A stretch of 64,000 nt of DNA from Candidatus Sericytochromatia bacterium (GTDB taxonomy: Bacteria; Cyanobacteriota; Sericytochromatia; S15B-MN24; JAQBPE01): positions 1-64,000 of the forward strand of contig JAYKHR010000159.1 of NCBI GenBank assembly GCA_035285125.1, read 5' to 3'. Position numbers and translations under genes: made by a program. Shown piece after piece: positions 56,220 to 64,000 of the stretch (the first letter of the stretch is position 1; every line of letters starts with the position of its first letter). Below the pieces are notes generated by a model, which made no database searches, was not told the origin of the DNA, and saw only the letters and a program-made list of their open reading frames with translations.

Positions 56220-57361
56220 CCGGCCTGGCCCTGCCCGCCTGGGTCACGGTCGCGCTGTTCGCGGCCGCACCCACGGCCTCCGTGGCCCTGAGCAGCCCGA
56301 CGCCCTGGGTGCTGGAAGGTGGCGTGAGCCGCCACCAGGTGCGGGCCGGCGAGCGCATCACCTTCACGCGAGAGGCCGGACGCCTGTGGGCCCACTGGCC
56401 GGGAGGGGGCGCCGGGGCAGGGGGGTGGTCTCCGCGAGGCGAGGGGCCCTGGCAGATGGCCGCAGGGGCCCGGACCCGCCGTCTGACGGGCCGGGTGAGG
56501 CTGACCTCCGCAGGCCCCCGGCTCGAGGTCCAGGCCTCCGTGCCCCTGGAGGCTTACGTGGCCGGGGCCCTCGCGTCAGAGGTCCCGGCCGGGACCCCGG
56601 CAGCCGCTCAGGAGGCCCTGGCGACCTGCATCCGCAGCTACGCGACCCGGGCCGTTGGCGCGCCCAGGCACGCCGCCGCCGCGCTCTGCGATGCGACGCA
56701 CTGCCTGCGCTTCGCGACGGCCCCCCCGGACCGCCACCAGCTGGCCGCCGTGCGGGGCACCGAGGGCGCCGTGATCACGTGGCGGGGGCGTCCGGCCGAG
56801 GCCGTCTGGCACGCGGCTTGCGGGGGGCGGCGCGCCCCCGCCCAGGCCGCGTTCGGGGGCGGGGGGGCTCCCTACCTGGCAGGAGGCCCGGATCGTCGCC
56901 CGAACGGCACGCCCTGGTGCGGCGATGCGCCCGGGGCAGCCGCCTGGCGCGTCGAGATGTCCCGCGAGGTGGTTACGGCATCACTCGTCGGCGCCGGGCT
57001 TTGGCCCGCCGGGGCCAGGCTGGAGCAGGTGCGGTGCGGCAGGTCTGCCAGCGACGGGCCGGTGGAGACGGTCAGGCTGGCCGGGGCCGTAACCCGGGAG
57101 GTGCCGGGCGTCGCCTTTTGGCACGCGCTGGGGCCCCGGCTCGGTTGGCGGGGCCTCCGCAGCCTGACCTTCGACGTGGCGCCGACCTCCCACGGGTGGG
57201 TGGCTGTCGGGCGGGGGCTGGGCCACGGCGTCGGCCTGTGTCAGGCCGGGGCCGAAGCCCGGGCCCGTGCGGGACACGGCGCCCGCGCCATCCTGGCCGC
57301 CTACTATCCCGGCACGGCCGTCTCCTGCCGGCGCCGCGCCGGCGCCGCGCCCCCGTGGTAG
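56216..57361 (+). CDS. SpoIID/LytB-domain lytic transglycosylase-like protein
   Basis: PLEAYVAGALASE (catalytic Glu), RSYA, LCDATHC, HAACGG, G.GHGVGLCQ.GA, IL.AYYPG; ATGA overlap. Confidence 0.85.
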   Translation: MTGLALPAWVTVALFAAAPTASVALSSPTPWVLEGGVSRHQVRAGERITFTREAGRLWAHWPGGGAGAGGWSPRGEGPWQMAAGARTRRLTGRVRLTSAGPRLEVQASVPLEAYVAGALASEVPAGTPAAAQEALATCIRSYATRAVGAPRHAAAALCDATHCLRFATAPPDRHQLAAVRGTEGAVITWRGRPAEAVWHAACGGRRAPAQAAFGGGGAPYLAGGPDRRPNGTPWCGDAPGAAAWRVEMSREVVTASLVGAGLWPAGARLEQVRCGRSASDGPVETVRLAGAVTREVPGVAFWHALGPRLGWRGLRSLTFDVAPTSHGWVAVGRGLGHGVGLCQAGAEARARAGHGARAILAAYYPGTAVSCRRRAGAAPPW

Positions 57362-57395
57362 ACTCACGCGACCCCCACCACAGGAGCCCGATGCC

Positions 57396-57749
57396 ATGTC
57401 CGAGTCCGCCCTGTCCCCCCAAGCCGTCCAGGCCTTCTTGGAGGCCCTAGACGCCGCCGGCGAGGCGCTGCGCGAGCTGGTGGACGACCCCGTCGACCCT
57501 GCAGGCCCTGCGATGCGCGCCTACCTGGACGGCGCGGCCTTCCTCGAGGCGGGCTACCTGATGGTGGAGCAGCTCTCGCCGGAACACCCCCAGGTCTTCC
57601 TCGCGCTGCACGACCACCACTACATGCCCGCCCTGACGGCCGCTACCAAGGGCCGCATCGCCTGGGGCGAGGCCCTCGCGGAGCTGCCCGAGTTCCTGCG
57701 GGACTACGCCGCGGAACGCGCTGCCACCGAGCTCGAGAGCGGCGAGTAG
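57396..57749 (+). CDS. Hypothetical acidic helical protein (117 aa)
   Basis: RBS AGGAG before ATG 57396; GC3-rich codons. Confidence 0.6.
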   Translation: MSESALSPQAVQAFLEALDAAGEALRELVDDPVDPAGPAMRAYLDGAAFLEAGYLMVEQLSPEHPQVFLALHDHHYMPALTAATKGRIAWGEALAELPEFLRDYAAERAATELESGE

Positions 57750-57891
57750 CCTGGCGGCCCCGCCCCAGGCTGCGATTCCACGGCCGACGTGTTAGGATGC
57801 CAGGCTGAGGCCCCCTCGCCGCCGAGGCGGACCTCCACGGGCTCCCGCCGGCGCGGGCCCTGGTTTCCCCCCCCCTGAAGGAGTTTGCCGC

Positions 57892-60444
57892 GTGCACCTG
57901 CTTGGACGCGTTTCCGTTTTCCCCGTGCTGCCTGCCCGGATCGCAGGCCTCCGCGAGCTCGCCACCAACCTCTGGTGGGTCTGGAACCCTGAGGCCCAGG
58001 ACCTGTTCGTCCGCCTCGACGAGGCCCTGTGGCGGCACGTCTACCAGAACCCTGTGCGTCTCCTGAGCGAGATCGACCAGGCCCGGCTGGACGAGGCGGG
58101 CCGCGACCCGAGCTTCCTGGCCGCCTACGACGAGGTGCAGGCGCGCTTCCGCGCCTACCTCGACCAGAAGTCGACCTGGTTCCGGGACACCTACGGGTCC
58201 TTCGCAGGCAAGACCGTCGCCTACTTCTCCGCCGAGTTCGGCCTGCACGAAGCGCTGCCCATCTACTCCGGCGGCCTCGGCATCCTCTCCGGCGATCACT
58301 GCAAGTCGAGCAGCAACCTGGACATCCCGTTCGTCGGTGTCGGCCTGCTCTACAACCAGGGCTACTTCCGCCAGCAATTGCGGCCCGACGGCATGCAGGA
58401 GGCCCTGTACGACAAGCTCAACTTCTCCGAGCTGCCCATCCAGCCGGCGCGCGGCGAGGACGGGGCCGAGGTGGTGATCCACGTCGAACTGCCCGGCCGC
58501 CTGGTGTTCGCCAAGGTGTGGCAGGTGCAGGTGGGGCGCATCTCCGTCTACCTGCTCGACACGGACATCGACCGCAACACCCCGGAGGACCGCCGGTTCA
58601 GCGCCCAGCTGTACGGTGGCGACCACGACATGCGCATCTCGCAGGAGATCATCCTCGGCATCGGTGGCGTGCGCGCCCTGCGGGCGCTGGGCATCCACCC
58701 CGCGGCCTGGCACATGAACGAGGGCCACTCGGCCTTCCTGGGCCTGGAGCGCATCCGCGAGCTGGTCCAGCAGCAGGGGCTCGCCTTCCACGAGGCCCTG
58801 GAGGCCGTGGCGGCCAACGCGATCTTCACCACGCACACGCCCGTGCCCGCCGGGAACGACGCCTTCGGCTTCCAGCTGGTCGAGAAGTACTTCAGCCGGT
58901 TCTACCCGCAGCTCGGCATCGGCCGGGAGGAGTTCCTGGGGCTTGCCCGCCAGGACCACCACGGCGGTCCCTCGCTGTTCTCGCTGTCCGTGCTGGCCCT
59001 GCGCCTCTCGCGGCAGTCCAACGGCGTGTCCGCGCTGCACGGCGTGGTCTCGCGCAAGATGTGGCAGGAGCTCTGGCCGGGCGTGCCCGCGGAGGAGGTG
59101 CCCATCGGCTCCATCACCAACGGCGTGCACACCGAGACCTGGATCGCCCCGGCCTGGCGGCCCCTCTTCGACCGGTACATCGGCGCGGATTGGCGCGAGG
59201 CGCTGGCGGACCAGCCCCGCTGGGAGGCCATCCGACAGGTGCCTGACGCCGAGGTCTGGGCGGTGCGGCGGGCCCTCAAGGTTCGCATGCTCGAGTTCGT
59301 TCGCCAGCGCGTGCGGCAGCAGCGCCTGCGCGCGGGGGACAGCGTCACGCGAGTGCTCGACGCCGACACGATCCTCGACCCGGATGCGCTGACCATCGGC
59401 TTTGCCCGCCGGTTCGCGACCTACAAGCGCGCGACCCTGGTGTTCCGGGACGTGGCGCGGCTCGCCCGCATCCTCAACGATCCCGACCGCCCGGTCCAGC
59501 TCATCTTCGCCGGCAAGGCCCACCCGGCCGACATGCCCGGCAAGGAGTTCATCCAGCGGGTCGTGCAGTTCGCCCGGGATCTCAACTTCTCGGCGCGCGT
59601 GGTCTTCATCGAAGACTACGACATGAACGTCGCGCGGCACCTCGTCCACGGCTGCGACGTGTGGCTGAACAACCCGCGCCGTCCGCTGGAGGCCTCCGGC
59701 ACCAGCGGCCAGAAGGCGGCGGCCAACGGCTGCCTGAACTTCTCGGTGCTCGACGGCTGGTGGTGTGAGGGCTACAACGAGGTAAACGGCTGGTCCATCG
59801 GCGAGGAGCGCGAGTTCGCCGACCTCGACGAGCAAGACGAGGCCGACGCCCTCTCGATGTACCGGACGCTCGAAGACGAGATCGTGCCGCTGTACTACGA
59901 CCAGGACGAGGCGGGGGTCCCCAAGGGGTGGATCGCCCGCGTGAAGGACGCCATCGCCACGCTGACGCCGGAGTACTCGACGCACCGCATGGTGCAGGAC
60001 TACACCCGCAACTACTACATCCCGGCCATCGAGAACGGCGAGCGCGTGGCAGCCGACAGCTACGCGGTCGCGAAGCAGTACGCCGAGTGGAAGGCCAAGG
60101 TCGGCTTCCACTGGCACCACGTCGGCATCGAGGTCGAGCCGCTCGACCTGACGAAGGCCCACGTCGGCGACCCGATCGAGATCGTGGCCCGCGTCCGCAC
60201 CGGCGGCCTCGCCCCGTCGAACCTGGCGGTCGAGCTGTACCACGGCCGCGAGCGCGGGGGCGTGCTGCAGGACGTGGAGGTCCTGCCCATGCAGCAGGCC
60301 GAGCCCGTCGGCGACGGCGTCTGGGCCTTCAAGGGGACGTTCACGCCCGGGCGTGGCGGCTCCTACATCTACGGCGTGCGGGCGCTGCCCCGGCACGACG
60401 GCATGATCCACAAGCAGGAGCTCGCCCTGATCCGCTGGGCGTGA
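57892..60444 (+). CDS. glgP: Alpha-glucan (glycogen) phosphorylase
   Basis: LATNLWWVW, AYFSAEFG, YSGGLGILSGD, HMNEGH, FARRFATYKR, EASGTSGQK (PLP Lys). Confidence 0.96.
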   Translation: MHLLGRVSVFPVLPARIAGLRELATNLWWVWNPEAQDLFVRLDEALWRHVYQNPVRLLSEIDQARLDEAGRDPSFLAAYDEVQARFRAYLDQKSTWFRDTYGSFAGKTVAYFSAEFGLHEALPIYSGGLGILSGDHCKSSSNLDIPFVGVGLLYNQGYFRQQLRPDGMQEALYDKLNFSELPIQPARGEDGAEVVIHVELPGRLVFAKVWQVQVGRISVYLLDTDIDRNTPEDRRFSAQLYGGDHDMRISQEIILGIGGVRALRALGIHPAAWHMNEGHSAFLGLERIRELVQQQGLAFHEALEAVAANAIFTTHTPVPAGNDAFGFQLVEKYFSRFYPQLGIGREEFLGLARQDHHGGPSLFSLSVLALRLSRQSNGVSALHGVVSRKMWQELWPGVPAEEVPIGSITNGVHTETWIAPAWRPLFDRYIGADWREALADQPRWEAIRQVPDAEVWAVRRALKVRMLEFVRQRVRQQRLRAGDSVTRVLDADTILDPDALTIGFARRFATYKRATLVFRDVARLARILNDPDRPVQLIFAGKAHPADMPGKEFIQRVVQFARDLNFSARVVFIEDYDMNVARHLVHGCDVWLNNPRRPLEASGTSGQKAAANGCLNFSVLDGWWCEGYNEVNGWSIGEEREFADLDEQDEADALSMYRTLEDEIVPLYYDQDEAGVPKGWIARVKDAIATLTPEYSTHRMVQDYTRNYYIPAIENGERVAADSYAVAKQYAEWKAKVGFHWHHVGIEVEPLDLTKAHVGDPIEIVARVRTGGLAPSNLAVELYHGRERGGVLQDVEVLPMQQAEPVGDGVWAFKGTFTPGRGGSYIYGVRALPRHDGMIHKQELALIRWA

Positions 60445-60460
60445 GACAAAGGAGTCTCTT

Positions 60461-61585
60461 GTGACTGAAACCACCCCCCACCAGGCCCCCATCACCGAGG
60501 CAGCGGAGCTCCAGGCCTTCGACCACGTCGAGTTCTGGGTGGGCAATGCCAAGCAAGCTGCCTACTTCTACAGCAGGGCCTTCGGCTTCCGCTGCGTCGC
60601 CTACGCCGGCCCCGAGACCGGCGTGAAGGACCGGGCGAGCTACGTGATGCGCCAGAACGACATCGTGCTGGTGCTGACGTGTTCCCTTCAGCCGGAGGGC
60701 CCCATTGCCGACCACGTCCGCCTGCATGGCGACGGGGTGCGGGATGTGGCCTTCCGCGTGAAGGACGTCGACGCGGCCTTCGCCGAGCTGGTCGCCCGCG
60801 GCGCCAAGCCGGCGGCAGAGCCTCACACCCTCGAGGGCCCGGGGGGGGCCGTCAGGCGCGCGGCGGTGCACACCTACGGCGACACGCTGCACAGCCTGAT
60901 CGGCCGCGACGACTACGCCGGGGCCTTCCTCCCCGGCTACGAGGCGCGTGAGCCGATCGCCGCCATCCCCGGCGGGCTCGGGCGCATCGACCACATCGTG
61001 GGCAACGTCAGCTGGAACGAGATGAACCCGATGGTCGAGCACTACGTGAAGGTGTTCGGCTTCCACCCCTTCGTCTCCTTCGACGACAAGGACATCTCCA
61101 CCGAGTTCACGGCGCTGCGCTCGGTGGTGGTCGCCAACCCGCGCGAGACGATCAAGATGCCCATCAACGAGCCTGCCGAGGGCAAAAAGCGCTCGCAGAT
61201 CGAGGAGTACATCGACTTCTACCGGGGGCCCGGCGTGCAGCACCTGGCCCTCACCACGGCAGACATCGTGGCGACCGTGGCCCGGCTGCGCGACGCGGGC
61301 GTGGAGTTCCTGCAGCCGCCGGCGTCCTACTATGAACAACTCGCGGAGCGGCTCGAGGGGCTCGACTTCCAGGAAGACATCGAACGCCTCAAGCCGCTGG
61401 GCATCCTGGTCGACCGCGACGACAAGGGCTACCTGCTGCAGATCTTCACCAAGCCGCTGACGGACCGCCCAACGCTGTTCTTCGAGATCATCCAGCGCAA
61501 GGGCAGCGACAGCTTTGGCAAGGGCAACTTCAAGGCCCTGTTCGAGGCCATCGAGGCGGAGCAGGCGCGGCGCGGCACGCTGTAA
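60461..61585 (+). CDS. hppD: 4-hydroxyphenylpyruvate dioxygenase
   Basis: DHVEFWVGNAKQAA, HGDGVRDVAF, IDHIVGN, SQIEEY, GVQHLAL, LLQIFT, FFEIIQR, FGKGNF. Confidence 0.96.
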   Translation: MTETTPHQAPITEAAELQAFDHVEFWVGNAKQAAYFYSRAFGFRCVAYAGPETGVKDRASYVMRQNDIVLVLTCSLQPEGPIADHVRLHGDGVRDVAFRVKDVDAAFAELVARGAKPAAEPHTLEGPGGAVRRAAVHTYGDTLHSLIGRDDYAGAFLPGYEAREPIAAIPGGLGRIDHIVGNVSWNEMNPMVEHYVKVFGFHPFVSFDDKDISTEFTALRSVVVANPRETIKMPINEPAEGKKRSQIEEYIDFYRGPGVQHLALTTADIVATVARLRDAGVEFLQPPASYYEQLAERLEGLDFQEDIERLKPLGILVDRDDKGYLLQIFTKPLTDRPTLFFEIIQRKGSDSFGKGNFKALFEAIEAEQARRGTL

Positions 61586-61608
61586 CGACCGCCGTCAGGC
61601 CAGGCTGA

Positions 61609-61633
61609 GAGGGCGCCCCGATGGGGCGCCCTC
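61609..61633. terminator. Hairpin between convergent hppD and M3 peptidase genes
   Basis: GAGGGCGCCCC-gat-GGGGCGCCCTC, 11-bp perfect stem. Confidence 0.6.
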
Positions 61634-61677
61634 AACCATTGGCAGCCCTGGCCGGGCCAGCCGCAGGCGCTTCGTCA

Positions 61678-63471
61678 TCACGGCGCAGGCGCCTCCGCCA
61701 CCGCGGCCTCGTAGGCCTCCAGCATCGTCTCGACGTACTGGAAGCCCTTGCGCCAGAAGCCAGGGTCCGTGATGTCCACGCCGATGCGCCCCAGCAGCTC
61801 GGTGGCGGGCGCATCCCCACCGGCGGCGAGCAACGCCAGCAACTGCGGCACGAAGGCCTCGCCCTCCTCCTGGTAGCGCTGGTAGAGCGCATAGACCAGC
61901 AGCTGGCCGAAGGCGTACGAGTAACAGTAGAAGCGGTACTTCACCAGATGCGGGATGGTGATCCAGCCCCAGCGGTCGAGCTCCCCGCGGCGGACGGCGT
62001 CGCCGTACAGGTCCGCGTTGAGCTCGGACCAAGCCGCGGAGAAGGCCTCGGCAGAGACCACGCCCTCCTTGCGCAGGGCGTGCGCGCGCTGCTCCCAGCG
62101 CGTGTACATGACCTGCCGCATCACGGTGGAGATGGCGTCCTCGACCTGGGTGGCGAGCAGCTGCCGCCGCACGAGCGGGTCCTGCTCCTGCGCGAGCAGC
62201 CGGTTGAGTGTGACGATCTCGGCGAAGGTCGAGGCGGTCTCGGCGAGCGGCGTGATCGGGTAGTAGTTCAGGAAGGTCTGCGCCTCGCCCGCCAGCAGGA
62301 AGTGGATGCCGTGGCCGAGCTCGTGGGCGAGCGTCAGCACGTCCTGCAGGGTGTCCGTGTAGTTCAGCAAGACATAGGGATGCAGGTCCGGGACCATCCC
62401 CGCGCAGAACGCGCCGCCCTGCTTGCCCGGGCCGGGCGGGACGTCGATGTAGCGGCCCTGAAAGAAGCCCTCCGCCAGCGCCTCGAAGCGCGGCGAGAAG
62501 CTGCGCATCGCGTCCAGCACGATCGCCCGCCCCTCGTCGTAGGGCACGCGCCGGCTGGCTTCCCCGTAGGGCGCGAGCACGTCGTGGGTGGCGAAGTCGG
62601 GGATGCCCAGCACCCGGGCCTTGGTCCTGTAGTAGCGGTGGGCGAGCCCGTAGTGGGCCTCCGTCGCCGCCATCAGGGCCTCCACCACCTCGGGGGCGAG
62701 GTCCTCGCCGAGGAGGGTGGGCGCCATCGGGTCCGGGTAGTGGCGCAGGGCCGTCATCTGCCGGTGGTCCTCGAAGACCGTGTTGAAGATGTAGGTCAGC
62801 ACGTGCGCGTGGGCCTCGTGGGCCCGATAGACGGCCTCCGTGGCGGCCTGGCGCGTGGCGCGGTCAGGATCCGAGCGAAGCGCCCGCGCCTCCTCCAACG
62901 TGAGCCGCCGCTCGCCCTCAGGCCCGGGCAGCGTGACATGGAGGCCCGCCGTCATCTCGACGTAGAGCTGGGTCCAGGCCTTCTGGCCCGTGATGTCCTT
63001 GATCGCGGCCAGGCGCTCCTCGCCATCCGAGAGCATGTGGGGGGCAAAGCGCCGCACCTGCTCGAGCCAGTAGCGGTAGCGCGAGAGCTCGGACGCCTCG
63101 AGGAGGTGCGTGAAGCGGTCATACTCGATTTGCTGCAGCTCGAGCTCGATGAACTGGAGCTCGGTGTGGACCGCCGTCAACCCGCTGCGCATCCGCGCGT
63201 ACAGGGCGCGGGCCGCGTTGTCGCTGGAGTCGGCGGAGAAAGAGAGCGAGGCGAAGGCCCCGAGGCGCCCCATCGAACACTGGAGGGCCTCGTAGGCCTC
63301 CAGCATCGCGCGCATCTCCCCGGGCGTCAGGGCCGAGAGGCGGCCGCGGTACCGGCCACGGAGCACCTCGGCGCGCTCCATCGCGCGGGCCACGTCGGCA
63401 TCGAGGGCGGGGTCGTTCAGGCCGGCGTAGAGCTGGCTCAGGTCCCAGCGCGGGGCGGTCGTGGTGGTCAT
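61678..63471 (-). CDS. pepF: M3B oligoendopeptidase F family
   Basis: PRWDLSQLY, GKQGGAFC, HPYVLLNY, TLAHELGHGIH, AETASTFAE, IPH...FYCYSYAFG. Confidence 0.9.
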   Translation of the reverse strand: MTTTTAPRWDLSQLYAGLNDPALDADVARAMERAEVLRGRYRGRLSALTPGEMRAMLEAYEALQCSMGRLGAFASLSFSADSSDNAARALYARMRSGLTAVHTELQFIELELQQIEYDRFTHLLEASELSRYRYWLEQVRRFAPHMLSDGEERLAAIKDITGQKAWTQLYVEMTAGLHVTLPGPEGERRLTLEEARALRSDPDRATRQAATEAVYRAHEAHAHVLTYIFNTVFEDHRQMTALRHYPDPMAPTLLGEDLAPEVVEALMAATEAHYGLAHRYYRTKARVLGIPDFATHDVLAPYGEASRRVPYDEGRAIVLDAMRSFSPRFEALAEGFFQGRYIDVPPGPGKQGGAFCAGMVPDLHPYVLLNYTDTLQDVLTLAHELGHGIHFLLAGEAQTFLNYYPITPLAETASTFAEIVTLNRLLAQEQDPLVRRQLLATQVEDAISTVMRQVMYTRWEQRAHALRKEGVVSAEAFSAAWSELNADLYGDAVRRGELDRWGWITIPHLVKYRFYCYSYAFGQLLVYALYQRYQEEGEAFVPQLLALLAAGGDAPATELLGRIGVDITDPGFWRKGFQYVETMLEAYEAAVAEAPAP

Positions 63472-63556
63472 GGGGCCTCCTTCCGGTGCGTGGCTTCGAC
63501 CATACACCGGCGGGCAGGGGGCTGGAAAGGACCTGTGCACGCGAGGGCGTTGGCCG

Positions 63557-64000
63557 TCAGCCCCCCAGGCCCGGGAAGCTTCTCGCCACCGGCCGGAGCG
63601 GCCCCGCGCCGTGGAGGTGGCGCCAGGCGCGCGCGAGGCCGATGATGGCCAGGCCGTCGGAGATCTCGCCTGTCATGGCCATCTCGTAGGCCGTGGCGAG
63701 CGGCACGCGCCGGACCTGCAGGCGCTCGGTGCCCTCGGGCTCTGCCGGGCCCTCCGTGAGGTCCTCCGCCAGAAACACGCACCCGAGCTCGTCCGTGACG
63801 GAGTTGGAGGTGGAGAGCTCCCCGAGGTAGGTCCAGCGCGCGGCCGTGAGCCCGGTTTCCTCGCGCAGCTCGCGCCTGGCGGCCTCGAGCGGCGGCTCGT
63901 CCAGCCGACCGCCGCCCTCGGGGATCTCCCATGAGTACTGCCCGAGGGTGTAACGCCACTGGCCGACAAGGAACGTGTCCCCCTCTGACGTGACGGGGAC
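63557..64000 (-). CDS. Nudix hydrolase (ADP-ribose pyrophosphatase-like), 5' end outside the window
   Basis: Manual translation gives QWRY...WEIPEGGG...AARRELREETG (Nudix box), SNSVTDE, GEISD. Confidence 0.88.
   Translation of the reverse strand, partial: VPVTSEGDTFLVGQWRYTLGQYSWEIPEGGGRLDEPPLEAARRELREETGLTAARWTYLGELSTSNSVTDELGCVFLAEDLTEGPAEPEGTERLQVRRVPLATAYEMAMTGEISDGLAIIGLARAWRHLHGAGPLRPVARSFPGLGG

Noticed and set aside
32054..57361. SpoVS and SpoIID homologs as evidence of endospore formation
   Set aside because: Both families are widespread in non-sporulating bacteria, and no other sporulation genes are in the window.

Overview
This is high-GC bacterial chromosomal DNA, densely coding, with about 45 genes. 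I found no rRNA/tRNA gene, CRISPR array, transposase or integrase. The host is a diderm (it has a secretin and a likely outer-membrane barrel). A cyanobacteria-style major pilin and PilMNO, a Firmicute-like rny-ymdB-spoVS block and many NHL lipoproteins with (I/L)(V/I)SxxGG repeats suggest a non-photosynthetic relative of Cyanobacteria such as Ca. Sericytochromatia; this is inference only. Housekeeping genes: gyrA, a DinG/YoaA-type helicase, alpha2-type GlyRS, rny, ymdB, spoVS, prfA-prmC, glgP, hppD, an M3 oligopeptidase and a Nudix hydrolase. A type IV pilus locus (pilin, ABC/permease/TPR trio, pilD, pilMNOPQ) is preceded by a stand-alone MshEN-like protein and a PP2C/Ser-Thr kinase pair. Most notable: (1) a ~16 kb surface-protein region (35-50.5 kb) with four NHL lipoproteins sharing a [YF]-[RG]-x-LL loop motif, an M14 carboxypeptidase, a heme-c-motif beta-propeller and a lipoprotein with a symmetric ~104-residue Trp/Arg beta-hairpin; (2) a near-identical SigB/SigF-type promoter upstream of both the pilin and the rny-ymdB-spoVS operon; (3) SppA fused to a beta-barrel-like domain; (4) two Pmt-like glycosyltransferases plus many Pro/Ser/Thr-rich candidate substrates; (5) Pho-box-like 11-bp-period repeats. 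All calls come from motif recognition by eye; no searches were run.
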